Shown: positions 45,063 through 55,070, counted from the stretch's first letter. The stretch: 64,000 bases of DNA from Bacteroidota bacterium (GCA_039800565.1 JBDLQL010000008.1:32013-96012), one strand, 5' to 3'. Notes: generated by a model from the letters alone, not told the origin. Program-made: numbers and translations.

Positions 45063-46094
45063 ATGCGTGTATTCTATTTTACTGGCCTGTTGTTCCTTTG
45101 TGTTCACATTCAATTGAAGGCCCAAACATATAACCTCTATTTTGGTTCGTGTCAGCACCAAGAGAAACCCTTAAACCTCTTAAAAACAGTTGCAAATTTG
45201 CAACCCGACGCCTTTATTTATTTAGGCGATAATATTTATGCCGATACCTATGATTCGGTCAAGTTGCAACAAAAGTACCAGCAACTGGCTGCGAATCCTG
45301 ACTTTCAAGCGCTGCAAAAAAGCACCACGATCTATGCGACCTGGGATGATCATGACTATGGCGTCAATGATGTGGGAAAATACTACCCCTTAAAAGAGGC
45401 GTCAAAGCGGATCTTTTTAACTTTTTTCAAGGAACCCGCGCGCTCTAATCGTTGGAAGCATGAAGGGATTTATACCGTTAATTACTTGAAATACAAACGC
45501 ATTCGTATTCAGTTGATTGTATTGGATACCCGAACGTTTCGTTCCGATCTTCGCCTATTTAATGCAACAACGGATGTCAAGGACAGTTCTTTTCACTATC
45601 AATTGGACTATGTTCCGAATGCAACGTGCGATTCGAGTTTTTTAGGTGAAGCACAATGGGCCTGGCTCGAAAAAACATTGAAAAAAAGGGCCGATTTGCG
45701 CATTGTGTGCAGTTCAACGCAACTTGCTCATAGTTATAATGGATATGAATCGTGGAATAATTTCCCTTGCGAAAAGGAACGCTTTTTTAACGTGCTCCAA
45801 CAAACCAAAGCGAAGGGTGTGGTGGTTATTAGTGGTGATGTGCATTATGCAGAACTATCAAAAGTAACGCACCCTGGAAATTACCCGCTCTATGACCTTA
45901 CCTCAAGTGGCATCACACAAAGTTGGCATTTTGCTACACCAAACACGAATCGAATCGCGGGCCCAGTAATGGAAAATCAGGTAGGGCGTATCCGAATAGA
46001 CGCCCGTCAGAAGTGTCTTTACCTCGAAATTATGGACGGAACAGGAGCTATTCGAATCAGCGAACGCGTTGCTTTTGATGCCCTTCGTTTTTAA
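45063..46094 (+). CDS. PhoD-like alkaline phosphatase / metallophosphatase
   Basis: The track starts at 45018. I prefer the MRVFYFTGLLFLCVHIQLKAQ signal peptide at 45063. FGSCQHQ, YLGDNIYAD, WDDHDYG and ISGDVHYAE motifs. Confidence 0.8.
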   Translation: MRVFYFTGLLFLCVHIQLKAQTYNLYFGSCQHQEKPLNLLKTVANLQPDAFIYLGDNIYADTYDSVKLQQKYQQLAANPDFQALQKSTTIYATWDDHDYGVNDVGKYYPLKEASKRIFLTFFKEPARSNRWKHEGIYTVNYLKYKRIRIQLIVLDTRTFRSDLRLFNATTDVKDSSFHYQLDYVPNATCDSSFLGEAQWAWLEKTLKKRADLRIVCSSTQLAHSYNGYESWNNFPCEKERFFNVLQQTKAKGVVVISGDVHYAELSKVTHPGNYPLYDLTSSGITQSWHFATPNTNRIAGPVMENQVGRIRIDARQKCLYLEIMDGTGAIRISERVAFDALRF

Positions 46095-47926
46095 TGCGTT
46101 ATTTTTTTAAGCCACTTTTCACAATTCGGATAACTTCGAATTTGGGCAATGACGTGTTTTTTAATCAAAGGATGCTGGGCCAACCGATTGTGCAATTCGT
46201 TCGGATCTTTTTTCCAGAAATACAATTCTTGACGATTTGGTACTAGATTGCCCCTCAATAAATAATGCCAGTTTTTGGTGCACACCGATATCCCGGTGTA
46301 GAAGTTTGCAAATTGATTGTTATTCATCGAAATGAGGCAACGACCAGACGGAATTTTGGACAACAAGGAATAACCGGTAAACTGTTTTCTGTACTGCTGC
46401 CATTCAGGGCGATTTTGAAGTCCGAGAATTTCGAGAATGGTTGGGGCAATGTCGATGTTAGAAACCAGCTGCGTGCTGTTTTTTCGGAGATTTTTTTGTT
46501 GATTTTCAGAGAGAAATTGCTTCGGAATATAAGCAACTAATGGAATGCGAATCGATTCGGAATAATGGGTCTCGACATGGCCAATACTGCGGTGTTCCAT
46601 CAACGATTCGCCATGGTCACTCACGATAATAACAAGTGTATTGGTATCGAGTTTTAATGCGGAAAGACAGTGTAAAAAATCGCCAATGAGGGCATCTTGG
46701 TAGTAAATGGCATTGTCATAACCGTCTTTGAAATGCCCGCCCTTGTAGCGCTCATAGCGTTTCGGTACGCGGTACGGATAATGGGTTGCATTGAGTTGAA
46801 CAACGCCAAAAAATGGCTGCTTCTTGCGTTTTTTAAGTTGAGTCTTTAATTGGGCAATGGTATGTTTGTCGTCGACGCCTAAATCATTGTAAAAGGGAAG
46901 CCCAGCGTTGTCTTTGTTCCAGCAGAAATTGAGTTGGGCTTTTTGGTAAAAACGATCGAAGCGGTACCATTTTAAGGTATGTGACGACAAGAAAAAGGTT
47001 GCCGAACCACGTTGCTTGCCCATTTCCCAAATGAGCGGTTGTTGCAACAATACACTGCTATCTTGGTAAGGCGCAATGCCGCTCAGGATGCCGGGTACAG
47101 CCAACATGGTTGTTGAGGCCACACTGACGGCATCTTGAAACTGGTAAAAATCAGATGCGTGTGCATTTGCAAATGCAGTCAATTCGGGCATGTTGTGGCG
47201 TGGATTTCCATAAAGTTGCGCGCTGCGCTGCCGAAAACTCTCCAATACAATAACAACAACATTTGGGGTATTTGGCCCACCAACTGGCCCTAGTTTGGCG
47301 GGCCGATGCACGCCAAGGCCGGTTCCTTTAAACGTACTGTGGTCGTCCCAGGTAAGGGCATGCCGTTGCAAACACGCAGCAAAATTGGCATCGACAATGG
47401 CGCATTGGTCGTAATTTTTGTGCAAGAACACCAGCGTTTCGAAACCCATTATTTGAAGGAAACTATAGAGCAAAAGTGCTCTTGTATTGAGTTTTGGGAG
47501 CCCTGAGCGCAAGCGCCATAAGCACCAAACGAGGCCACTCATGAAGCCAATAAGGAGCAAAAAGACATACGGATTTACGATGTCTTTGAGCAGACTCATG
47601 GCGCTTTTGGGTTCGGTCTTGAAATACAATAAAGTATAGTAATTTGGGAACAGTCCGTTTAACGAAAAAAAAGCATACGAACCCAAAATGGAGAGCAGGA
47701 ATGGGCTCAAGGTAAGTACGGCAAAAACGCTAAAAGATAATGGATGCGCGGCTAATTTTTGCAATAAGGCCAAGATCCAAGTCAAGTAGCATACCGATAA
47801 AACAACCGAAAAAATGTAAAAAGAAACTTGCTTCGGGCTGTAATGCGTCAACAATTCAGATCGAAAATAAAGATCAATCAGGACAAGGAATAGCGAAAAA
47901 AGAAGGCTGCGTAAAATGGCTTTCAT
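46091..47926 (-). CDS. Membrane-anchored alkaline-phosphatase-superfamily transferase (LtaS/EptA/sulfatase-like)
   Basis: 611 aa. Five or more N-terminal TM helices, then NVVVIVLESFRQRS, SVASTTMLAVPGILSG (putative Thr nucleophile), NATHYPY and IIVSDHGESL. Confidence 0.8.
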   Translation of the reverse strand: MKAILRSLLFSLFLVLIDLYFRSELLTHYSPKQVSFYIFSVVLSVCYLTWILALLQKLAAHPLSFSVFAVLTLSPFLLSILGSYAFFSLNGLFPNYYTLLYFKTEPKSAMSLLKDIVNPYVFLLLIGFMSGLVWCLWRLRSGLPKLNTRALLLYSFLQIMGFETLVFLHKNYDQCAIVDANFAACLQRHALTWDDHSTFKGTGLGVHRPAKLGPVGGPNTPNVVVIVLESFRQRSAQLYGNPRHNMPELTAFANAHASDFYQFQDAVSVASTTMLAVPGILSGIAPYQDSSVLLQQPLIWEMGKQRGSATFFLSSHTLKWYRFDRFYQKAQLNFCWNKDNAGLPFYNDLGVDDKHTIAQLKTQLKKRKKQPFFGVVQLNATHYPYRVPKRYERYKGGHFKDGYDNAIYYQDALIGDFLHCLSALKLDTNTLVIIVSDHGESLMEHRSIGHVETHYSESIRIPLVAYIPKQFLSENQQKNLRKNSTQLVSNIDIAPTILEILGLQNRPEWQQYRKQFTGYSLLSKIPSGRCLISMNNNQFANFYTGISVCTKNWHYLLRGNLVPNRQELYFWKKDPNELHNRLAQHPLIKKHVIAQIRSYPNCEKWLKKITH

Positions 47927-47929
47927 GCC

Positions 47930-48976
47930 TTATATGCCACTGCGTAAGTTTTCAGGAAATTTAGCTTCCATGGCCGGGAAAAACACATGCGCTAAAATCA
48001 GCGGATTGAACACAAAATATTGGCAACGCACCAACTCACCGTCTGGGAGTTGACACCAAAACGAATTCATGTCCATATTGACTAAATTGCCAAATTCGTT
48101 GCGTTGTTCTTCTTTACTTGGGATGCGGAAAAATCGCAACTTATAGGCATCGTTTTTTGATTTTACTTCAAAGACACAAAACGGACTGCTTCGTTTGACG
48201 CTATCGACTTGTTTGTCTGAGAGTGTAAAGTTCTTTTGTTCAAAGTGCACTTTCTGAAATCCTTGCAAATAGCGAAATACATTGGTGGTGTCGAGGCTTG
48301 GTAGCGCTTTTCCGTTTTGAGTAAGTGTGTAACGACCATTACGGCTCTTTAATTCAAAATTGCGAAACGGCTCGTTTTGAAAACGGGCACGCACAAGCTC
48401 GATTTCTTCCATGTCGAGTGCAAAAATTTCGGTGCAGGCCCATTTACGTGGATCGGCGAAAAAACGCGGATCAATGACGCCATTTACACCAGCAAGTTTC
48501 ATCATAACCGGTGCCTTGCTTTTGCCATCATCGGCACTTTCAAGCAGCATAATTTGACCAAGGTGGTCAGGAGTTGTAGGTCCAATGTACCAGGTTTTGG
48601 TCCATTCCCCATCTTGATAGATTTCTACTTTTGTAGTTGAACTGGCCATCAATTCTGTAAAACGTTGAATTGATTTTTCGGGTAGGTAGGCCTTAAACTC
48701 TACAGAATGAAGGGCTTCTAAGATCAATGAGATATTCGCTTTTGCGACACAATTTCCGTTGAGGTCTGTCCAACCATGCTTGCCTTTGATTAACTCGATG
48801 TGCTGGCCAAAGGCATCGGTAATGGCAAGTTTATCAACCGTGGTGGTGTCTTCGATTTTGAAATCAAAAGAGGTTTGGTCTGACGCAGCAGAGTGACTGT
48901 TCAAATCAAGTGCAAACCATGTCAGCCCTCCGAGAAGACCAAGCAAAGCAATGATAACTATGAATTTTTTGTTCAT
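47930..48976 (-). CDS. DUF4340-like protein (single N-terminal TM)
   Basis: I prefer the start MNKKFIVIIALLGLLGGL at 48976, which forms an ATGA overlap with the gldG stop. The position after a GldG-type gene is typical of DUF4340. Confidence 0.6.
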   Translation of the reverse strand: MNKKFIVIIALLGLLGGLTWFALDLNSHSAASDQTSFDFKIEDTTTVDKLAITDAFGQHIELIKGKHGWTDLNGNCVAKANISLILEALHSVEFKAYLPEKSIQRFTELMASSTTKVEIYQDGEWTKTWYIGPTTPDHLGQIMLLESADDGKSKAPVMMKLAGVNGVIDPRFFADPRKWACTEIFALDMEEIELVRARFQNEPFRNFELKSRNGRYTLTQNGKALPSLDTTNVFRYLQGFQKVHFEQKNFTLSDKQVDSVKRSSPFCVFEVKSKNDAYKLRFFRIPSKEEQRNEFGNLVNMDMNSFWCQLPDGELVRCQYFVFNPLILAHVFFPAMEAKFPENLRSGI

Positions 48977-50784
48977 CGGGCGTAGCGTTTGATGCGGATC
49001 CAATTGAGTAAAAAGCCAAGTGCTACAATCACTAAAAGTGGAAGCACCATATTGATGATTTTGTAAAACCCAGCTTCTTGTTTGATTTTTTCTTTGTCGA
49101 TGTCTTTGATGTCAATTTGACGACTGCGAATGTCTAGAACTGAATTTTCGCCCATCATGTAGTCGATGCAGTTTTGGAAAAATTCTTGATTGCCAAAAAT
49201 GAGAGGGATGCGACGCTGGGCCAATTCGGCATCGACCTTCAATTCGTTAATTGCAATGGGTCTGTAAAGGTAGGAGTCGAGTTTTTTGGGATCCAGAATG
49301 GAGTCGTATTGGTTGCGTATAAAGGTGCCGTTTCCGACAACCAGCACTTTTCCTTCTTTCTGACTTTTGTCGAGGTAATGCACTTCTTTACGGCTTGTAA
49401 ATTCGCTGACAATACGATTTTTGAAGTGCGATGAGAAAAACCCTTCTGCCAAACCGGCCACACACAATTTGTTGATCGGGTCGGTAGGGTTTTCGACCAA
49501 TTTGGGGTTTTTGCCATAATTGAGCGGCAAGGCCAAATTGACTAAGGGTTGCAAACCGGTTGGGATGGCATTACTTGAACTCGTTAGGATGGGGCTCACT
49601 TGCACTTTAGGCAATTGTACAAATTCGATTTCATTCGCGTAATTCAATGAAATTGGGTCGACATTGCGTGCAATTGGGTGTGCTGACGGACTTGCTAACA
49701 TGTGAAAAAACCACGGCAAATACGTCGATTCGGCAAACGGTACAATCTTGGGTGCGCAATTGACGTCGAGCACAAAATTTTCTTTAACCTTGATGCCGTA
49801 ATCAAAGAGCAACTTATCGAGTTGCAGGTTTTTGCGCATACTGTGCGTCATGCCTTTAGCATTGAGCGTGTCTTCATTGAGTGCAAGCGTATTTAGAAAG
49901 CACATGAGCTTGCCACCGCGCATCACAAACTGATCGATGAGGTAAAGGTCTTTTTGCGAAAATGGTGTTTGTGGATCGGCAATGATAAGCCCATCGACAT
50001 CTTTTAGTGCTGAAATACTGTCGTTGAGCGTGAGGTCGGCAATTGAAAAGTAGGGAGCAATGAGGGCGCGTGCACGCATCGTTTGTGGATTAGACAGCTC
50101 TCCGTGTCCGTGCAAAAAGGCGATGCGTGGCTTTTCTAACTGCGTGAGTCGACGCATGGCCGATAGTAAGTTGTATTCGAGGTTGTTGAGTGCATTTTCG
50201 ATGATTTCGCTCATTTGGTCGAGGCTGTACGGATGCCCTGGCTGCGAACCTGGTAAGAACTGAACCACATTTTCTTTGGTAATCCCGTTGACCGAATAAG
50301 AAAGCAGGGCCCCCGGAAACAACATCACTTGGCTCTGGGTGCCGTCTTTCAAGTACAAAATTTCCATGGGCATAATGCCACGTCCACGGTCATATAATTG
50401 GGCCCGCAAGGCATTGACTTCATCTTCGGTACCGACACTTGGGTCGGTAAAAATGAATTCGATGCGATTGCCTGCTACGCGTTTAAAATCGTTGAGTTTG
50501 TCTTTGAGCGCATTCTGAAAATACTTGATTTCGGAAGGCATATTGCCATCCAAATAAATTTGAATGCTAATGCGATTTTCAAAATTGTCTTTGTTTTGGA
50601 GGTATGTAGCGGTGCTTGAAGCCAACGAATACCGTTGATCTTTGGTCATGTCTAGCTTGACGTACAGCATCGAGGCGATGAAATTGATCAAGATAAGTGC
50701 TGCTGCCAGTAAACCCAATACAGACCAATTGTAGAGTCCTTTGGTACTGAGGCCACGCCACCAATTTTTCGGAGAGAAGTTCAT
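48973..50784 (-). CDS. gldG: Gliding motility-associated ABC transporter accessory/substrate-binding protein GldG
   Basis: 603 aa. N- and C-terminal TM helices; DMTKDQRYSLASST...ISIQIYLDG is a typical GldG/ABC_transp_aux start. Directly downstream of gldF. Confidence 0.85.
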   Translation of the reverse strand: MNFSPKNWWRGLSTKGLYNWSVLGLLAAALILINFIASMLYVKLDMTKDQRYSLASSTATYLQNKDNFENRISIQIYLDGNMPSEIKYFQNALKDKLNDFKRVAGNRIEFIFTDPSVGTEDEVNALRAQLYDRGRGIMPMEILYLKDGTQSQVMLFPGALLSYSVNGITKENVVQFLPGSQPGHPYSLDQMSEIIENALNNLEYNLLSAMRRLTQLEKPRIAFLHGHGELSNPQTMRARALIAPYFSIADLTLNDSISALKDVDGLIIADPQTPFSQKDLYLIDQFVMRGGKLMCFLNTLALNEDTLNAKGMTHSMRKNLQLDKLLFDYGIKVKENFVLDVNCAPKIVPFAESTYLPWFFHMLASPSAHPIARNVDPISLNYANEIEFVQLPKVQVSPILTSSSNAIPTGLQPLVNLALPLNYGKNPKLVENPTDPINKLCVAGLAEGFFSSHFKNRIVSEFTSRKEVHYLDKSQKEGKVLVVGNGTFIRNQYDSILDPKKLDSYLYRPIAINELKVDAELAQRRIPLIFGNQEFFQNCIDYMMGENSVLDIRSRQIDIKDIDKEKIKQEAGFYKIINMVLPLLVIVALGFLLNWIRIKRYAR

Positions 50785-50786
50785 GC

Positions 50787-51518
50787 TTATTTTTTAAGAG
50801 TTTTTAGAACGGTTAATGAGGCCATCAAAAACAACGCATTTAAGCTTAAAAAGTAAAAGAGGTCACTAGAATCGATGACGCCTTTTTTAATTGACTCATA
50901 GTGAAAAGACATTCCGATGTACTTGATGAGGTAGTCAAGGCCTCCGAATTGTGAAAAGTTTCCGAGAAGTTCGAAACCGTCGTAAAAAGCCCAACACATA
51001 AACATAGCTAGTATAAACGCAATAATTTGGCTATTGGTGAGCGCCGATGCAAACATTCCGATAGACACAAATGCTGCGCCTAGTAAAATAAGGCCAATGT
51101 AGGAAGTGATGGTCGCGCCGATGTCTATATTACCGACCGGATTGCCAAGCTGGTACATCGACACAAAATAGATAAACGTCGGTATGATCGCTACCACGAG
51201 TAGTGCCACACCAGCCAAATATTTTGCAAAAATGAGTTTAAAGTCAGAAATCGGTCGCGTCAGTAACAATTCGATGGTGCCGGTACGGCGCTCTTCAGCA
51301 ATTGAACGCATGGTAATGGCCGGAATCAGGATCAGAAAAATAACCGGCGACATATTAAAGAACGGGATGAGGTCAGCGGTGCTGCCTTCGAGTAAGTTGG
51401 TATTGTAAGATAATACCCAATGAAAGAGGCCAGATGCGATGAGGTAAATCAGGATAAACACATAGCCGATCATGGAACTCAGAAAGCTATTGATCTCTTT
51501 TAAGAATAAAGCACGCAT
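50787..51518 (-). CDS. gldF: Gliding motility-associated ABC-2 permease GldF
   Basis: 243 aa with 6 TM helices. N-terminus MRALFLKEINSFLSSMIGYVFILIYLIASGLF. Confidence 0.85.
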   Translation of the reverse strand: MRALFLKEINSFLSSMIGYVFILIYLIASGLFHWVLSYNTNLLEGSTADLIPFFNMSPVIFLILIPAITMRSIAEERRTGTIELLLTRPISDFKLIFAKYLAGVALLVVAIIPTFIYFVSMYQLGNPVGNIDIGATITSYIGLILLGAAFVSIGMFASALTNSQIIAFILAMFMCWAFYDGFELLGNFSQFGGLDYLIKYIGMSFHYESIKKGVIDSSDLFYFLSLNALFLMASLTVLKTLKK

Positions 51519-51535
51519 AACACAAATTGAGTTGT

Positions 51536-51543
51536 CAAATTTA
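51536..51543 (-). promoter_or_regulatory. -7 box TAAATTTG for the gldF operon
   Basis: The plus strand reads caaattta. The motif G lies 18 nt upstream of ATG 51518. Confidence 0.45.
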
Positions 51544-51554
51544 ACAATTATCTA

Positions 51555-51587
51555 TAAACGAAAATTCCCGCCTTGAGGGGCGGGAAT
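51555..51587 (-). terminator. Rho-independent terminator of the cold-shock gene
   Basis: Minus-strand RNA: AUUCCCGCC-CCUCAA-GGCGGGAAU followed by UUUCGUUU, about 20 nt after the csp stop. Confidence 0.75.
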
Positions 51588-51608
51588 CACGATATACAAG
51601 TTGTATAA

Positions 51609-51800
51609 TTAGGCTTGCTTTACGTTAACGGCATTGAGTCCTTTACGTCCTTCTTGCAATTCAAACTCGACAACGTCATTTTCTTTGATTTTGTCAACCA
51701 AACCGGTGACATGAACAAAATACTCTTTGTTCGTGTCCTCTTCAACGATAAAACCAAAACCTTTGGTTTCGTTAAAGAATTTTACTGTTCCTTTATTCAT
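51609..51800 (-). CDS. Cold-shock protein (CspA family)
   Basis: 63 aa. RNP1 KGFGFI and RNP2 FVHV motifs. Confidence 0.95.
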   Translation of the reverse strand: MNKGTVKFFNETKGFGFIVEEDTNKEYFVHVTGLVDKIKENDVVEFELQEGRKGLNAVNVKQA

Positions 51801-51864
51801 TAGATGAGATATTAATTGTGGTAAAGGTAATCAAGTAAATTTGCTTTGCCGCTTTTTCTTGCAA

Positions 51865-52158
51865 TTAAATGCCATTAAAATGCAAATCTGTGCTCCAGGC
51901 TTCGGCCGCTGAGGCAAACCAGGGCTTGATTGTAGGCCAAATAGAAGCAAATAAATCGGATTGACGATAAGCCGCTAGCGCAGCTTCATTTTCCCAAATA
52001 CTGTAAGTAAATAGGCAGCAAGGGTCTTTTTTATCTTGCAATAATTGCATGCCTGCACATCCTGGAAAGGTCGCAACTTGTTCTTTTACGCGCTCAAAAT
52101 GGTTCAAAAAAGACGCTAAATGTGCTTCTTGAAAATGCAATTTGACAATTCGGATCAT
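51865..52158 (-). CDS. ABM-domain (antibiotic biosynthesis monooxygenase-like) protein
   Basis: 97 aa. Ferredoxin-like pattern ...FPGCAGMQLLQD...FTYSIWENEAALAAY.... 1-nt start/stop junction with the upstream gene. Confidence 0.65.
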   Translation of the reverse strand: MIRIVKLHFQEAHLASFLNHFERVKEQVATFPGCAGMQLLQDKKDPCCLFTYSIWENEAALAAYRQSDLFASIWPTIKPWFASAAEAWSTDLHFNGI

Positions 52159-53009
52159 TAAAACAACGATTGGATATTTTCTTTGGAGCCAGCAGGCGTG
52201 AATTCGATATGAACCGGATCGCCAAGTCGCATCCCAAATAACTGACTTGCGCCACCAAAACTTCCGTTGGCACCTCGGTTGATGGCAATTTCGAGTAAAT
52301 CAACGCTATTAAAGAGGGCCACGCGCTCTCCTTGAGACACACTGTTGTAGGTATCCGAAATGACATCAATAAAGTACTCTTTTTTCATGTACTTAATGGT
52401 AAACGGCGTAGCAGGGCCAAAGCGCTCAAAGTCTGCTTTTGTGATGTTGGTAATAAGATTGCCAAAGGCATCGATATGAATGACGGTTCCGCGAATGACT
52501 AACTGATCAATGGCTGGTTTTTGCTCGAAAGCACGTTTGTAGCCTCGGGCAGGAGTTGCAAAACCCGAGACTGCTTCGCCATTGGCAATACGTGCGGCTA
52601 ACGGTATGAGACAGTTTTTGGTGTGAAAGCGCAGCTTTTCTTTTTCTTGGTAGATGGAGTCGTAGTGGTAAAATTCATCTGGAAATTCATCGTTGAGAAA
52701 ACTTCCAAAAAATCCGTTGTCGGTACCTACAAAATATTGGCCTTTGTATTTCATGATTGAGGGCAAAGAAGCCTGATCGGAATCGAGAACAGGTTCGCTA
52801 TCGACGCCAACAATGTGAATGGTTCCTTCTGGAAAATCGGTATAGCAGCAGCGCAATTGAAATGCGGCGTTACTCACGTTAAAGGGTCGAATGTCGTGCG
52901 AAATGTCGATAATTGTGGCTGTTGGGAGCAAACGCAAGATGGCTCCTTTCATGGCGGCTACATAAAAATCTTGGTAGCCATTATCGCTTGTCAGTGTGAC
53001 GATTTGCAT
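52158..53009 (-). CDS. SAM hydrolase / SAM-dependent halogenase family protein (DUF62, S-adenosyl-L-methionine hydroxide adenosyltransferase-like)
   Basis: 283 aa. N-terminus VTLTSDNGYQDFYVAAMKGAIL...IIDISHDI is typical of the family. C-terminal beta-barrel domain. Confidence 0.8.
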   Translation of the reverse strand: MQIVTLTSDNGYQDFYVAAMKGAILRLLPTATIIDISHDIRPFNVSNAAFQLRCCYTDFPEGTIHIVGVDSEPVLDSDQASLPSIMKYKGQYFVGTDNGFFGSFLNDEFPDEFYHYDSIYQEKEKLRFHTKNCLIPLAARIANGEAVSGFATPARGYKRAFEQKPAIDQLVIRGTVIHIDAFGNLITNITKADFERFGPATPFTIKYMKKEYFIDVISDTYNSVSQGERVALFNSVDLLEIAINRGANGSFGGASQLFGMRLGDPVHIEFTPAGSKENIQSLF

Positions 53010-53051
53010 TCGGATTTACGCGTCTTTGTCCTTAGAAATTCATAATTTTAC

Positions 53052-53059
53052 CAAAAGTA
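53052..53059 (-). promoter_or_regulatory. -7 box TACTTTTG for the SAM hydrolase/ABM pair
   Basis: The plus strand reads caaaagta, 43 nt upstream of ATG 53009. Confidence 0.35.
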
Positions 53060-53100
53060 ATTGAAAACCGGACATCCACTCCGTAAATCATGCAAATAAA

Positions 53101-54108
53101 TTGAATTTAGGGCAACGCAATATCGAAATCGATGGCCTCAATCCGGCCGAAATTTATGGGGTAAATAATGCCAACTTACACCATATTAAAAGCTTCTTTC
53201 CAAAGCTAAAAATTGTTGCACGTGGCAATGTGCTTAATTTGGCCGGCGACGAAGAAGTCATGGACGAATTCGAGCGCAAATTTTCGCTGATCATACAGCA
53301 TTACACTACGTTTAACCATTTGTCTGAAAACAACATCGACAACCTAATGCTTCAAGATGGTTCTAAGTTGCTTTCGACTGACGATGGTTCCGAAACCTTG
53401 GTTCACGGAAATGGTGGTGTCAAAATCAAAGCCCGCACGGTCAATCAAAAGAAACTTGTTCAGGCGGTTTTGCATTCCGATATGGTGTTTGCAGTTGGTC
53501 CGGCCGGTACTGGCAAAACCTATACAGCGGTTGCATTGGCAGTCAAAGCCCTCAAAGCAAAAGAAGTCAAGCGCATTATCCTGACCCGACCAGCAGTCGA
53601 GGCAGGTGAAAACCTCGGTTTTTTACCAGGTGATCTAAAAGAAAAGCTAGATCCGTACCTCATGCCACTCTACGACGCCTTGCGCGACATGATACCCGCC
53701 GAAAAACTGGCCGACATGCTCGAGTTCGGTGTCATCGAAATTGCGCCGCTTGCATTTATGCGAGGCCGCACCCTCGACAAAGCCTTTGTCATTTTAGATG
53801 AGGCTCAAAACACCACCCAAATGCAAATGAAAATGTTCTTGACCCGGATGGGCATGACCGCCAAATTTGTCATTACCGGTGACATGTCGCAAGTCGATTT
53901 GCCATCAAGACAACGCTCTGGGTTGGCCTATGCGCTTGATGTACTCAAAGACATCGAAGAAATTCAAATTGTGCGTTTAGGTCAGTCCGATGTCATACGA
54001 CACCGTTTGGTGAAGAAAATCATCGAAGCATTTGATGTCGCCGAACACAAAGAAAAAGAAGAAAAACAAGCCAAAATCGAGCAAAAAAAAGGCTCAGCAA
54101 CTAGTTAG
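53101..54108 (+). CDS. phoH: PhoH-family ATPase
   Basis: 335 aa with a TTG start (no in-frame ATG nearby). Walker [28 protein letters not shown] and ILDEAQN. Confidence 0.9.
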   Translation: MNLGQRNIEIDGLNPAEIYGVNNANLHHIKSFFPKLKIVARGNVLNLAGDEEVMDEFERKFSLIIQHYTTFNHLSENNIDNLMLQDGSKLLSTDDGSETLVHGNGGVKIKARTVNQKKLVQAVLHSDMVFAVGPAGTGKTYTAVALAVKALKAKEVKRIILTRPAVEAGENLGFLPGDLKEKLDPYLMPLYDALRDMIPAEKLADMLEFGVIEIAPLAFMRGRTLDKAFVILDEAQNTTQMQMKMFLTRMGMTAKFVITGDMSQVDLPSRQRSGLAYALDVLKDIEEIQIVRLGQSDVIRHRLVKKIIEAFDVAEHKEKEEKQAKIEQKKGSATS

Positions 54109-54119
54109 AAAATACGTTT

Positions 54120-55067
54120 ATGCAAGCATTAACTTCCAGTAACTTTCAATTCGACGGACAAACCCACGTTTACAACGGGAAAGTTCGTGATGTTTATACC
54201 TTGGCCAATGACATCCTTGTGATGGTGGCCTCTGACCGCATTTCTGCCTTTGACCACATTTTGCCAAAAGGCATTCCTTACAAAGGTCAGGTGCTCAATC
54301 AGGTCGCAACTTACTTTTTAAATGCGACCAAAGACATCGTTCCGAATTGGTTAGTGGCTACACCAGACCCAAGTGTGGCGGTTGGTTATGCCTGCGAACC
54401 TATTCGTGTCGAAATGGTCATACGTGGTTATTTAGCCGGACATGCTGCCCGCGAATACAAGGTCGGCAAGCGTCTACTTTGTGGCGTTGCCTTACCGGAA
54501 GGCTTGCGCGAAAATGACCGCTTGCCACAACCAATCATCACGCCAGCAACTAAAGCCGATGAAGGCCACGACGAAGACATCTCACGCGAAGACATTTTAG
54601 CAAAAGGCATTGTGCCGCAAGCGATCTACGAACAAATGGAACGCTACACCTATGCCTTGTTTGAACGTGGTACCCAAATGGCAGCCGAACGTGGTCTGAT
54701 TTTAGTCGACACCAAATATGAATTTGGTTTGCGCAATGGCGAAGTCATTCTTATCGATGAAATCCATACACCCGATTCTTCGCGCTATTTTTATGCAGAC
54801 GGCTACGAAGCCCGACAAACTGCTGGCGAAACCCAAAAGCAATTGTCAAAAGAATTTGTCCGTCAGTGGCTCATCGAAAATGGCTTTCAAGGTTTAGAGG
54901 GGCAGCAAATGCCCTTTATGCCCGACGAATTTGTAGCCTTGGTTTCTGAGCGCTACATCGAATTGTACGAGCGCATCACTGGCCAAACTTTTGAAAAAGC
55001 CGATACCTCACAGATCGAAACCCGTATTGCCAATCATGTCAATGCGTATTTAAAAAGTAATCAGTAA
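54120..55067 (+). CDS. purC: Phosphoribosylaminoimidazole-succinocarboxamide synthase
   Basis: 315 aa. [16 protein letters not shown] and LVDTKYEFG motifs. Confidence 0.95.
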   Translation: MQALTSSNFQFDGQTHVYNGKVRDVYTLANDILVMVASDRISAFDHILPKGIPYKGQVLNQVATYFLNATKDIVPNWLVATPDPSVAVGYACEPIRVEMVIRGYLAGHAAREYKVGKRLLCGVALPEGLRENDRLPQPIITPATKADEGHDEDISREDILAKGIVPQAIYEQMERYTYALFERGTQMAAERGLILVDTKYEFGLRNGEVILIDEIHTPDSSRYFYADGYEARQTAGETQKQLSKEFVRQWLIENGFQGLEGQQMPFMPDEFVALVSERYIELYERITGQTFEKADTSQIETRIANHVNAYLKSNQ

Positions 55068-55070
55068 GCG

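Noticed and set aside
20921-54108. A coordinated Pho regulon cluster (PafA-like, PhoD-like, PhoH, OmpR/PhoB-type regulators)
   Set aside because: The genes are dispersed over 33 kb on different strands and interleaved with unrelated housekeeping genes. PhoH is a generic ATPase. I could not identify repeated Pho-box-like sites, so the co-occurrence looks coincidental.
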